Assembly: GCA_029210695.1 (NCBI GenBank)
Contig: JARGFH010000040.1
Location: forward strand, 1 to 33,884
From: Acidimicrobiia bacterium
GTDB lineage: Bacteria; Actinomycetota; Acidimicrobiia; Spongiisociales; JAHEDJ01
DNA: 33,884 bases
Direction: 5' to 3'
The notes below the pieces were generated by a model. That model ran no database searches, had not been told where the DNA came from, and saw nothing but the letters and a program-made list of their open reading frames with translations. The translations under genes were made by a program, and so were the position numbers. Within the stretch, counting starts at the first letter, position 1. Each line of letters starts with the position of its first letter. This document shows positions 17,897 through 26,776 of this stretch, one piece after another.

Positions 17897-18198
17897 CAGT
17901 CATCTCCTGAGGCGTCTGCGATCACCTTGCCCAAACCCTCAATGAGCGACTTGCGTGGGTTCTCCGTTGCCTGCTCGGTCTCGAGAGCTGCCGTGGCAAG
18001 GTTGAGGTCGTCGCCGACCTCTTCGAGAATGTCTTTGACCGACTTGGCCTTTTCGACAACCGTCGCGCCGATCATGACGATCGGGTTGCCGTCGGAGTCG
18101 ACCGGGATCAGCTGGCCTTTGGCGAGTTGCTCGGCAATGTGGTCTGGAAGGGGCTCGTCGAACTCGAAGACGGCCCCTCCCGTACCTTTGAGCAACAT
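17896..18198 (-). CDS. Hypothetical head-module protein
   Basis: SVKDILEEVGDD...ALETEQATENPRKSLIEGL helical motif; TGATG overlaps on both sides. Confidence 0.7.
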   Translation of the reverse strand: MLLKGTGGAVFEFDEPLPDHIAEQLAKGQLIPVDSDGNPIVMIGATVVEKAKSVKDILEEVGDDLNLATAALETEQATENPRKSLIEGLGKVIADASGDD

Positions 18199-18560
18199 CA
18201 GGCTGTCCTGGGCATGTGCAGGGCGGTGATGGTGCCGGTGGCGGCTGCTTCAACGTCGACGTGAAGACTGCCGTCGGCTTGGATGAACCGGCCCGACGTG
18301 AACGGACCGACAAACCCGACCGCTGCGTTGAGGGGGACGATCAGATCTCCCTGTCCTGCTTCGAGGGCAGGCGGGTTGGCACCGACCTTGATGGTGAAGT
18401 TCTTGGCACCGACGAACGTCGAGCTGATTCGCAGGACCAGTTCTTCGAGAGGCACACCTGAGATGATGTGCCCGTTGGTTGGGTCGACGGCTGTACCGGC
18501 CGGGTCCGCCAGACTGGCGTTCGGGGTGAAGACGTCGGCGGTGATTGCTGTACGTGCCAT
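18198..18560 (-). CDS. Putative capsid decoration protein
   Basis: Immediately after the MCP; beta-rich 120 aa; AAAGGA SD. Confidence 0.7.
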   Translation of the reverse strand: MARTAITADVFTPNASLADPAGTAVDPTNGHIISGVPLEELVLRISSTFVGAKNFTIKVGANPPALEAGQGDLIVPLNAAVGFVGPFTSGRFIQADGSLHVDVEAAATGTITALHMPRTA

Positions 18561-18582
18561 GTGATGGTTCCTTTCCAGAAGC

Positions 18583-18611
18583 GGGGGAACCCCCTACAAA
18601 GAGGTTCCCCC
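18583..18611 (-). terminator. Hairpin after the major capsid gene (partial terminator or mRNA stabiliser)
   Basis: GGGGGAACC / GGTTCCCCC 9-bp stem in the intergenic gap. Confidence 0.55.
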
Positions 18612-18633
18612 TTCGACTCAGACTCCGGTCAGA

Positions 18634-19485
18634 TCAGGTCGGTGATACGGTCGCGATTGCGATCCCGTTCGGACGGACCAGTTTGGCGCCGTACAGGTGA
18701 AGCCCCTTGACCGCATCCGAGAACGAGTCTTCGGGCCGGTAGGCTTCAACCTTGTTGATCTGCTCGGCGAACGAGATTGCACCCGGGAACCCGGCTAAGA
18801 CAACATTGTCGTCACCGACCGGATTCGGAGTGTTGTTCGACATGCGAATGTCGAACCCGGAGGCCCGGCCGATGAACCCGTTGCGGAGGGCTTCCGTGCC
18901 ACCTGACGCGTCGGCCCGGACGAACCGGTCGTCGCGGAGGAGCCGACCATGGAACCAGGGTGGGATCACAACGTAGCGACCCTCCTTCGGGACACTTGCG
19001 TCGTCCAACGCCACCATAAGTGGAACAAGCACCAGATCGTAGGCGTTGGTCGGGGTGGCTGCCACGACGGCGATCGTGCCAAGATCATTGGCTGCGACAA
19101 CCCCCGTGTACAGGGAGACGACGTACTGGTCGGCGACGTCACGTAGCCCGTAGGCGGCTTCAACGATCGCTTCGGGAATCACATCGCCGGCAGCTTGCCG
19201 TTTGTCGACGTCGTCGACTTCGAAGGCGAAGTACTTGGACTGGTCGACAATCAGTTTTCGCTGCGCGGTGGTCAGCTGCTCAGGGGTGATGGTTGTGGAC
19301 CCTTTGACGTAGGTTCCAATGGTGGGGCGGCTGATCGAGTTGATGGTGACCGTGTCACCCTGCTCGCTGATCTCACCCTCATAGTCCCGGTTGACGACGC
19401 CTGGAGCGGCATACACCAGAGACTTTTTCAGGGAGGCGAGCAGGAGCTTTGACCAGATCTCCGGTATGAATGTCGCTAGCGACAT
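18634..19485 (-). CDS. Major capsid protein (HK97 fold, P22 coat-like family)
   Basis: FIPEIWS, NRDYEGEI..GDTVTI, DAVKGLHLYGAKLVRP motifs; AAGGAG SD. Confidence 0.92.
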   Translation of the reverse strand: MSLATFIPEIWSKLLLASLKKSLVYAAPGVVNRDYEGEISEQGDTVTINSISRPTIGTYVKGSTTITPEQLTTAQRKLIVDQSKYFAFEVDDVDKRQAAGDVIPEAIVEAAYGLRDVADQYVVSLYTGVVAANDLGTIAVVAATPTNAYDLVLVPLMVALDDASVPKEGRYVVIPPWFHGRLLRDDRFVRADASGGTEALRNGFIGRASGFDIRMSNNTPNPVGDDNVVLAGFPGAISFAEQINKVEAYRPEDSFSDAVKGLHLYGAKLVRPNGIAIATVSPT

Positions 19486-19495
19486 CGGATACTCC

Positions 19496-20149
19496 TTACT
19501 GCTTCACCCCTAAAAGATGAGCGAGTCGGCCCTCGTTGTGAGCTTTCTCAACGTCTTCAGGGGACATGGATTTCAGGTCGTCACGTGTGATCGTGCCCGA
19601 TCCGCCACCGCGGAGACCTTGGTCTCCACTGCCGGTACCGGCGACCTTCTTCAGATACGGTTTCTCGGTGACGAGAACGTCGATCGCTTCGTCGACTGAC
19701 TTGGCGGTCGGCTGCCCATCCTCTCCGTACTCGATCGTCGACGTGTCCAACAACCGCCAGGCAGCATCCAGATCGTGGATGTCCTTGGTTGCGGCACGGG
19801 TGATCACCATTGACCTCGTGAGGGCGTCCTTGATGCGCTGATCGGTGTCGGCTTTCGCCTTCTCCGCCGCAGCAGCACGTTCGGTTGCCTTCTCGAGTTC
19901 GGTCTTCTGTTCTTCCTGCGCCTTGTCGAACTCTGAAGCTTTGGCTTTCAGGTCGTCATAGTCGGCGTATTTGGAGCGTTCCCGACGTAGCCGGTCGGCG
20001 ACAACACGGTCGAGGTCCTCTTGTGTGAACGTCTTCGAGTTGTCTTCGTCAGACTTGCCAGTGTCACCGTCGCCGGTTTTACCGTCGCCGGCAGCTCCGC
20101 CACCGGCATCGTCGTGCTCTTCACGGAAGGGACGGAATGGTACGAACAT
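19496..20149 (-). CDS. Capsid scaffolding protein
   Basis: KTFTQEDLDRVVADRLRRER.KYADYDDLK.KA...KTELEK hallmark; ATG 20149 with GGAGG SD. Confidence 0.9.
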   Translation of the reverse strand: MFVPFRPFREEHDDAGGGAAGDGKTGDGDTGKSDEDNSKTFTQEDLDRVVADRLRRERSKYADYDDLKAKASEFDKAQEEQKTELEKATERAAAAEKAKADTDQRIKDALTRSMVITRAATKDIHDLDAAWRLLDTSTIEYGEDGQPTAKSVDEAIDVLVTEKPYLKKVAGTGSGDQGLRGGGSGTITRDDLKSMSPEDVEKAHNEGRLAHLLGVKQ

Positions 20150-20230
20150 GAATGTTTCCTCCGTTTTCGGCCCGTCGGCCGAGGTCACCGGCTGTTGAAC
20201 GCCAGCCGTGAGCGCTAACCCGAACCCCGT

Positions 20231-21037
20231 CTAGGCGGCGTCCGTGAACTTGTGCGCGCTGTTCCACAATGTGGGACCGAGCTCGCCGTGTGAAACAATG
20301 CTGACCGCCGGTAACGTGTCTGTGTCGATACGAAGCCTCGACATTGCTTCCCGTGTGTACGGAAGGTCTGCGGACCGTAACTGGTCTTTGACCAGGGACA
20401 GGGAGTCCCCGTCGATGATTCGGGACGGTGCGCGGGTCCCGAACAGGGGTTCTACAGTGCAGCCACAGTTCGAATGGATGGGCATCAGATCTTCCGACGA
20501 GTAGCGTTGGGTGGAGGCCACAATGCACAGGCCACAGTTTTTGCCTGGTGCCAGTACCCGCTGATATCCGACAATCCTTGACGACTGGCTGGTGACCGCT
20601 TGGGCGGCGTTGCGGGCTGCCAGTTGTGTGTCTGTGTCGGCCAACATGCCGACCGTGTTGCGGCCTTGACCTACTGCGTCAGACCAGGAAGCACCCGCCG
20701 ATAAGGCTGTCCATGTCCTCACGAACGGTCGCCGATACACAACCTCCGGTGGGGTGGGACGGATGGGAATGTCGGTGAGGCCCAACGGGGACACGGCAAC
20801 ACCCAGTTCGAACTCCTGGAAAGTGGCCAGGTAGGCGTCTGTGGCGGAGACGGCTGCGTCGGTGATCGTGGCCAACACCGGCAACACGGTTTCGAGGAAC
20901 CGGGGTATGTCGGCTTCGTTGTATGAGGTCAGGTCTTTCCATGCGGTCACGGCTGTACGTCGGGCCGCACCGCGCAGCTGTTCAATACGGAAACGGTAGG
21001 CGGCCACCAACTCTTTACCGAGCACAGTGTCAGCCAC
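20231..21037 (-). CDS. Minor capsid / head morphogenesis protein (MuF-like)
   Basis: GYQRVL...NCGLC..ASTQRY...LMPIHSNCGCTVEP; the likely start is GTG 21037, overlapping the upstream stop. Confidence 0.8.
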   Translation of the reverse strand: MADTVLGKELVAAYRFRIEQLRGAARRTAVTAWKDLTSYNEADIPRFLETVLPVLATITDAAVSATDAYLATFQEFELGVAVSPLGLTDIPIRPTPPEVVYRRPFVRTWTALSAGASWSDAVGQGRNTVGMLADTDTQLAARNAAQAVTSQSSRIVGYQRVLAPGKNCGLCIVASTQRYSSEDLMPIHSNCGCTVEPLFGTRAPSRIIDGDSLSLVKDQLRSADLPYTREAMSRLRIDTDTLPAVSIVSHGELGPTLWNSAHKFTDAA

Positions 21038-21227
21038 GGTCAACCTGTCTGATGATCTCGGCGAGTTCGTCGTGAAGGTATCCGCCGTCACACCAGCGCA
21101 GTCGGCGGCTACACGAACGGCACACCCAACCGGTGCCGGCCACCCACCGTCGCGCCCACAGTCCCCACCGGCGGCAATGCCATTCACGGGCCAACTCCCA
21201 CCAGCCGGTCAACACGATTTTCAGCAT
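21030..21227 (-). CDS. Small Trp/Cys/Arg-rich protein inserted after the portal gene (65 aa)
   Basis: MLKIVLTGWWELAREWHCRRWG...CRSC...; TGATG overlap with the portal stop and 8-bp overlap with the next gene. Confidence 0.55.
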   Translation of the reverse strand: MLKIVLTGWWELAREWHCRRWGLWARRWVAGTGWVCRSCSRRLRWCDGGYLHDELAEIIRQVDRG

Positions 21228-22675
21228 CAGACAGTCTCCGCCGGTTCCCCAACCTGAGCGGTGCTTTGACCCAGAAGACTGAACAGGTTCGAGGTGGCAG
21301 CCATCGTCTTCCACCGTTTGATCTCCTGCGGGGTAGCGTTGGCTCTCTCCCACAAAGCCTCGTTGGGAATGTCCAATGCTTTCAGTTTGATCACCGCGTC
21401 AACATGCTCCCCTTCAGAACGGGACTCGGGATCCCCCCACAACGTTTCAGCAGACCGTTCGTTCGACTTCTCATCGTTCATGGCTGCAAAACCGAGTCGA
21501 ATGACCGCTTCCCACGATTCCCCAAAATGCAGGTGCTGCCGTTTCACTTTGGCGACCAGACCGGTCTCAGTCGCTTTCAACGACTCACCCGACGGAAACG
21601 CGCCGGACTGGCCTAACAGGTAGTGGGGTGGTGTCCGGGTGATCGCCGCCAAATGTTGCACGTCGGCTTCAACCGCCCGAATGAACCCGGCCAAAGTCAC
21701 CTCAGGGAACGAACCGAACTTGGCTTCTGGGTTTTCGTCCATCCACACCGAATCAACGGCGGCGTCGTAGTCGATCGGGACGGCCTCACCAGTTTCAGGA
21801 TCCTCCACCAGTGAGATACCTGTCGCCCACCGTTTCTGACTGGCAGTGAACTCGGCAGCCAACATGCGACCGAAAATGGTGGCGTTGATCCGATCCTGAA
21901 TCGAGGTCACATCCGAAATCTCCGACACCCCGCCACGGATCAGGTCCGGATGGTTACGAAACACCACAATCGGGACCGCGCCAAGCGGGTTTGTGAGCGG
22001 CCATTCTTCCCCTTCGGGTTCACGTCGCATCCAGTCGCCACCCTCACCCCGCCGGTATTTGACCACCCAGCCCGGCAGGTACACGGTCGCAAAGGTGGTT
22101 GTTCCAACCTTCCACCGTTTCAAAGCTGCTGCCCGGAGTCGCCGGTTTTCCGGTGAATGGGCGACGATGACCTCCGACGGATGTTCCGGCATGATCAGTG
22201 GTATGTCACCGGTCGGCCAAACCGACACATATGAGGTGCCCGACTTCAACGCTTCAGTGTGAACCTGGTCGGATTCGGCGTCCAGATTGTTGGCCTGCCA
22301 CATCGTCCAGGCTGCTTCGTCACCGACCGTGTCCCCGAACCGGAACCCTTCGACCCGTAACCGTTCACCAAGCGCGTCAATGACCAGCCGCATCCAGTTG
22401 GTTCGTGACTTGACCAACAGGTCAGCATACTTCCGTTTGTAGTAGGTGGCTTTCTCCTGGGAACGAAACGGCATCTCCGGGAGCGGATGGTCACCCCGGT
22501 AGTATTCGTCAAACCTCAACGCCTTCGACGCCTGCGCGTCCAACTGGACTTCGAGCAGTTTCAACCATCGCCGTGCTTCAACATCAACCGGCCCGTCACC
22601 GACTAACGAATCTGACCCGTTCGGCATCGGCATCAACGTCTTCGAATCGTTGAAGAAGTCAGACGCAACAGCCAT
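21227..22675 (-). CDS. Portal protein (SPP1 gp6-like)
   Basis: YYRGDHP, NWMRLVIDA..ERL...GF, WQANNLD, TNPLGAVPIV.F.N, TRTPPHYL, SGESLKA.E motifs. Confidence 0.95.
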   Translation of the reverse strand: MAVASDFFNDSKTLMPMPNGSDSLVGDGPVDVEARRWLKLLEVQLDAQASKALRFDEYYRGDHPLPEMPFRSQEKATYYKRKYADLLVKSRTNWMRLVIDALGERLRVEGFRFGDTVGDEAAWTMWQANNLDAESDQVHTEALKSGTSYVSVWPTGDIPLIMPEHPSEVIVAHSPENRRLRAAALKRWKVGTTTFATVYLPGWVVKYRRGEGGDWMRREPEGEEWPLTNPLGAVPIVVFRNHPDLIRGGVSEISDVTSIQDRINATIFGRMLAAEFTASQKRWATGISLVEDPETGEAVPIDYDAAVDSVWMDENPEAKFGSFPEVTLAGFIRAVEADVQHLAAITRTPPHYLLGQSGAFPSGESLKATETGLVAKVKRQHLHFGESWEAVIRLGFAAMNDEKSNERSAETLWGDPESRSEGEHVDAVIKLKALDIPNEALWERANATPQEIKRWKTMAATSNLFSLLGQSTAQVGEPAETV

Positions 22676-22690
22676 AGGGGAGACTCCTTT

Positions 22691-24247
22691 TCACCGTTTG
22701 AATGCCCGATACTGCTGCTTCTTGACGGTCGCGCCGGCGGCGATAGCGTCACCACGCGCCTCCCAGGACAACACACCGGCCGGGACCGCGTCGATCTTGC
22801 GGGGGGACATGGGCCGATCTTTCTGAACGGTCCACATGCGACGTTTGTGGTCGTCGACCACGTTCAACATTTGGCGGCGGGCATGACCGACGTGCTGAGC
22901 CATTTGAACGTCACCGTCGTTGGAGAGGTCGCCGGCAGTGATCGCTTCGGAGTAGCGGCGCACCGCGTAGGCCATCTGCTTGGGACGGTTGGTCCACCAC
23001 TCGAGAACAGTCTTCTCACCCCAACGGCCCTGCCACCGGTCGATCAAAGTTTCGATGCGTTGCGGGTCGCAGTAGACGCGCCACACTGAAAACCGGTCGA
23101 ACGTTTCGACCATGGTCCCGTCAACGTCGTCGAGGGGATGTTCGTAGTCGTCGTCAGCGTCGGGGGGTTGTTCCCAAATCCCAATGACGAACTGGTGGCC
23201 GGTTTCAACCTCGGTACCGACTACAGCCAAAGCGTCATCCCAGCGGGCTCCGTCCACCCCGATCGTGATCAACGCCCCATCGGGGACAACCCGATCATCG
23301 ACGCGCGCCTTCCACACTTCCGGGTCGAAGGCGGCGTCACCTTCACCCCGTTTCCGGTTGAGGAAAAACCGTTCGGCCTGACCTGGGTCACGGGTGAGGA
23401 GCTCAACAATCTCCATGTCGATCCGGTCCAGGTCAACCCAATGCGAATCCCCGTACACTTTGCGGAGCATCCGCCGGCGGTCACGTCGGTTGTTGATCGA
23501 CCCCGACCCCGGATCCACATCATCCAGATAGACGCCTGGAGCCTGCGACTCTGATGTCTGCTGAGCTACCGACTCCTCGGTCGGATTCCAAGCGTTGGTG
23601 GTTTCAAGGAAACGGCCGTTCATGCCGGCCAGGTTGCGGCGTTGCGTGTCAGCCACCCGGCGGCCCTGATTGTGGGCTGTCCAACTGTGTGTTTCGTCCT
23701 CCACACAGAACGTGATCCGCTGACCAAGTCTGGAATGATGCGACGACGTGACAGGTTCGATCTTGCCGCCGTGGGGCAGGTTGATTCGGGTGCGGCCGGT
23801 ATCGGGAATGTCAAACCGTAGGGCAGACAGTTCGATCATCGGCAGCAACGCCAACCAGACGTTGTCGGTCTGATCACCAGACACCGCCGTGACTTGAATC
23901 CACGGGGTTGCCCACGGTCGGCCAACCGGTTCACCGGCTGCGTTCCAACCGGCCGGACGGACCGGCCCTTCCGGATGGGCTTCGACGATAACCACCGCCG
24001 ACGAGAACGGGCCCTTCCCCCATTTCTGTGGGCGGACCAACTGGCTGCCACGTTCGAAAACAAACTTGCCTGACTTCGGATCGATCCGGTACAGCCAAAG
24101 CAGATGATGCCACATCTCATCGGTGAGGAGATACGGTTCACCCACCTGATCCCCATCCGGAATCACACAGCAAGCCTCGATCAGATCTCCCACCTGATAG
24201 CCGAGAGTGGGGAACTCACCTGGATACTCAGGACCGCGCCACGGCAC
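22691..24247 (-). CDS. terL: Terminase large subunit
   Basis: Walker A (PQKWGKGP), Walker B (VEDETH), nuclease GVDG..DD, YCDP and KIDA motifs. Confidence 0.95.
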   Translation of the reverse strand: MPWRGPEYPGEFPTLGYQVGDLIEACCVIPDGDQVGEPYLLTDEMWHHLLWLYRIDPKSGKFVFERGSQLVRPQKWGKGPFSSAVVIVEAHPEGPVRPAGWNAAGEPVGRPWATPWIQVTAVSGDQTDNVWLALLPMIELSALRFDIPDTGRTRINLPHGGKIEPVTSSHHSRLGQRITFCVEDETHSWTAHNQGRRVADTQRRNLAGMNGRFLETTNAWNPTEESVAQQTSESQAPGVYLDDVDPGSGSINNRRDRRRMLRKVYGDSHWVDLDRIDMEIVELLTRDPGQAERFFLNRKRGEGDAAFDPEVWKARVDDRVVPDGALITIGVDGARWDDALAVVGTEVETGHQFVIGIWEQPPDADDDYEHPLDDVDGTMVETFDRFSVWRVYCDPQRIETLIDRWQGRWGEKTVLEWWTNRPKQMAYAVRRYSEAITAGDLSNDGDVQMAQHVGHARRQMLNVVDDHKRRMWTVQKDRPMSPRKIDAVPAGVLSWEARGDAIAAGATVKKQQYRAFKR

Positions 24248-24727
24248 CTAAGCCTTCTTCTTGGCCGACTTGGGGTCGACTGCTTTCACCCGCCGTTTCG
24301 GTTCAACAACATGCAGCTGGTGGACTTCGGCGAGCTCCTCAGCTTCAGTGGGGAGCAGCCAGCGAAGATCACGGCGTCCCGGTTCTGTCAAACCGAGAGA
24401 CTTCTTCAACCTGTCCAAACCGATCAGCAACGTACCGATCCCTTTGGTTTCTGAATGGGCCAACATGCGGGCAACCGTGTCCTCAATGCGGATCGCACGA
24501 GTCAGGTCCGCCCACTGTGACTCGATCCACATGTGCGCCATCGGCGACTCCCACCAGCGGATCCACGTGTACTTCGTCTCCTTGAGCAACCCACCCGACA
24601 CTCGAGGCAGGTTCGGTTTCGAACCCTCATACGGTTCAGCCGGCAGAACCGTCCACTCGCCACGCTCCGGCATGTTGCGCCGGCGACGTTCGCCCGGCAG
24701 TTTCGGAGCGGGCCCTCTTCCAGCCAT
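24248..24727 (-). CDS. terS: Terminase small subunit
   Basis: MAGRGPAPK...RRRRN, W..WW.SP.A..W...W, LGLT..GR..LRW motifs of actinophage TerS. Confidence 0.88.
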   Translation of the reverse strand: MAGRGPAPKLPGERRRRNMPERGEWTVLPAEPYEGSKPNLPRVSGGLLKETKYTWIRWWESPMAHMWIESQWADLTRAIRIEDTVARMLAHSETKGIGTLLIGLDRLKKSLGLTEPGRRDLRWLLPTEAEELAEVHQLHVVEPKRRVKAVDPKSAKKKA

Positions 24728-24729
24728 GA

Positions 24730-24870
24730 AAAACTCCAAACGGTGAAAGGTTACAAAGGACGGGTCTGACGGATGGGAACAGTCGGATAGACCCGTACAC
24801 ATGGAGAGAAGCTGCCCTCACCGGTCCCGCGGTGATGTGACTAGTTAGTGCCTCCCCACCCCCGACCGCG
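24730..24870. other. Candidate packaging (cos-like) site region
   Basis: Gap between HNH and terS, with a G-rich run (GGGGGTGGGG on the minus strand). HNH-terS-terL order usually flanks the packaging site; the exact cut site cannot be determined. Confidence 0.35.
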
Positions 24871-25188
24871 ATGTAACTCTCGAGATCGAGCGGCCTCACG
24901 TGCAGTTTTCGCCTTATGACAGTCGACGCACAGAGACTGCAGGTTTGTTTCCGAATGATCGTCGTTGTTGACGATGTGATCTACCTCAGTAGCGGGGGCA
25001 CCACACTTCACACAGCGATACCTGTCTCTGCGGAGAACCCGGACCCGGCGACGGTTCCAATCCTTTGGGAGTCTGGAGCGTCGAGTCGACCCAGTCCAAG
25101 GGGCCGGTTGATGTTGAATGCAACGGCCAGTCGACGACAGTTCCGGACATCCCGGCTCGGCGCATACCCTCAGCGAACGACGAGACAC
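24841..25188 (-). CDS. HNH endonuclease (packaging-associated)
   Basis: CAEPGC, RDRYRCVKC..ATEVDHI...NLQSLCVDCHKAKT. Confidence 0.92.
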   Translation of the reverse strand: MSRRSLRVCAEPGCPELSSTGRCIQHQPAPWTGSTRRSRLPKDWNRRRVRVLRRDRYRCVKCGAPATEVDHIVNNDDHSETNLQSLCVDCHKAKTAREAARSRELHRGRGWGGTN

Positions 25189-25220
25189 AGCGGAGCCCCT
25201 CTGCTTTTGCTGCTTCCCTC

Positions 25221-25463
25221 TTAGCCATCGAGAATATTTACGATATCGAAGGCGTCCAGGTCGGCGATAACCTCCAACAACATGCCGCGAATGTCCCAGT
25301 TCCTGATTTGGCGGTCGCGGATGATGTACAGGCGCCGGGAGCCGTCAGCATCAAGGAACTCGGCAACGATAAGGGCTCTAGTTGTGACTGTGGCCGCGTC
25401 ACCTATGTCGGCTTCGATGTCGGCGCAGAGCTTGTCGACCGCTTCAAGGACCGGATCGTTCAT
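25221..25463 (-). CDS. Hypothetical protein (80 aa)
   Basis: MNDPVLEAV...; ATGA overlap with the upstream gene. Confidence 0.65.
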   Translation of the reverse strand: MNDPVLEAVDKLCADIEADIGDAATVTTRALIVAEFLDADGSRRLYIIRDRQIRNWDIRGMLLEVIADLDAFDIVNILDG

Positions 25464-25660
25464 GCTGTCTCTCGGGTGGCCGTTGCCCGGTTGCGAGGGT
25501 ACCGGATCGGTTGATGGACCCAACACTCCGCATGTTTGTTGTACACCGACAGGACAGTCGCACAGTCAGCCTGCGAGCACACCCGGCCCGGTTGGAACCG
25601 TTTCCTCGGTTGGGTCGGATGGAGAACACGGTGCATTGCAGTCGACGACACGACGTTCAT
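25460..25660 (-). CDS. Small zinc-finger protein
   Basis: GRVCSQADCATVLSVYN...CWVH (C-C-C-H); GAAGGTGA SD before ATG 25660. Confidence 0.65.
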   Translation of the reverse strand: MNVVSSTAMHRVLHPTQPRKRFQPGRVCSQADCATVLSVYNKHAECWVHQPIRYPRNRATATRETA

Positions 25661-25757
25661 GCGGGTCACCTTCCCCCAAAGTTTCCGGCAGAAACTGCTA
25701 CGAGGCCCCGGTCGGGACCCCGTGTGTAGGCGCACCTGTCGTGAACCTAATAACAGC

Positions 25758-25787
25758 ACTGTAGTTCACCCCGTCAAAGCAAGTCAA
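25758..25787 (-). promoter_or_regulatory. Candidate promoter for the late operon
   Basis: TTGACT-N18-TACAGT in the AT-richer gap downstream of the second recombinase. Confidence 0.45.
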
Positions 25788-25833
25788 TCACTCAATGACG
25801 GTTGACGATCCAGACAAATGTCCCCTACAACCC

Positions 25834-26730
25834 TCAGGGTTCGTTATCAGGACGGGTGAGGGTGTCACCTAGAAGGCGCGCGGCTGCGGCGGTAGCAGTG
25901 CGAATGTTGCGGCCGGCGATGTAGCGTAGGGTGGTTTCGATCGACCGGTGACCTAGCAACTGTTGGACATCCTGAACGGGTGCACCCGCCTCCAACGCCA
26001 AGGTTGCTGCAGTGTGACGCAACGTATGGGGTGTGCACTTTTCGACCCCCACCGAGGTGGAGAGCTCGACGATGGTCTCCCAACCGGCTCGTCGTGACAG
26101 TGGCCGTCCTTCGGAGGTCAGAAGGATGGGGCCTTCCTTGCGGTCGCCGGCCGCCCGTCGTACAGCCTCGAGCACTGGCGGGGACAGAGGTTTCGCCTGA
26201 CGGTGGCCCCCCTTTACCGTCACAGTCAAAACGTCGTCGCTGATATCCTCCAGACGGGCTGTGCACGCCTCGGCGATTCGCAAACCCACACCCACCATCA
26301 GCCACACCAAAGCATGCGCAGCAGCCGACCGGTCCCTAGCAGCCGAAATCAGCAGCCGGGCCTGTGCAGGGGTCAACCCAGACTTTTGGGGTCCCTCACC
26401 TTTAGGGCGCCGCAAATGGACAGTCGGGTCTGTCTCCACATGCCCCTCATCAGTCAAATACGAGAACAACGAATGGACGGCTGACGCTTTCCTCTGCACC
26501 GTCTTCGGAGCCAACCCCTTCCCAATCAGTTCGGCCAGCCACCGTTGAACCACCGGCCGTGACACCACAAGCAACCCCACATTCACATTCTCCAGGTAGG
26601 TGATGAACTGGGCGACATCCGTACCGTACCCACTACGGGTGTTCGGTGTCATGCCCACCAACCAGTCCGCCACCAACCCACGCACCTCACCCATGCCATC
26701 ACTCATGCCATCACTCATCGGAGCAATCAT
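25834..26730 (-). CDS. Second tyrosine recombinase (XerC/D-like, with SAM-like core-binding domain)
   Basis: TPNTRSGY..DV..F, GLRIAE, VKGG, TPHTLRHT, VQQLLGH.SIETT.RY: complete R-K-H-R-H-Y set. Confidence 0.92.
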   Translation of the reverse strand: MIAPMSDGMSDGMGEVRGLVADWLVGMTPNTRSGYGTDVAQFITYLENVNVGLLVVSRPVVQRWLAELIGKGLAPKTVQRKASAVHSLFSYLTDEGHVETDPTVHLRRPKGEGPQKSGLTPAQARLLISAARDRSAAAHALVWLMVGVGLRIAEACTARLEDISDDVLTVTVKGGHRQAKPLSPPVLEAVRRAAGDRKEGPILLTSEGRPLSRRAGWETIVELSTSVGVEKCTPHTLRHTAATLALEAGAPVQDVQQLLGHRSIETTLRYIAGRNIRTATAAAARLLGDTLTRPDNEP

Positions 26731-26765
26731 ATCCTCGCCTTACCTTCCGGGAGATTATCGCTCAT
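26727..26765 (-). CDS. 12-aa linker mini-ORF MSDNLPEGKARI
   Basis: Starts at a junction motif (GACGATGAGCGATAAT) with GAGGA upstream; its TGA overlaps the recombinase ATG (ATGA). Confidence 0.4.
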   Translation of the reverse strand: MSDNLPEGKARI

Positions 26766-26776
26766 CGTCCACGTCC

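Noticed and set aside
24986..25228. 80-aa ORF MAKREAAK
   Set aside because: Overlaps most of the well-supported HNH gene in another frame; no motifs.
2632..25834. Invertible (shufflon-type) tail-fiber segment served by the second recombinase
   Set aside because: All tail genes are co-oriented, and I saw no inverted crossover repeats or alternative C-terminal cassettes.
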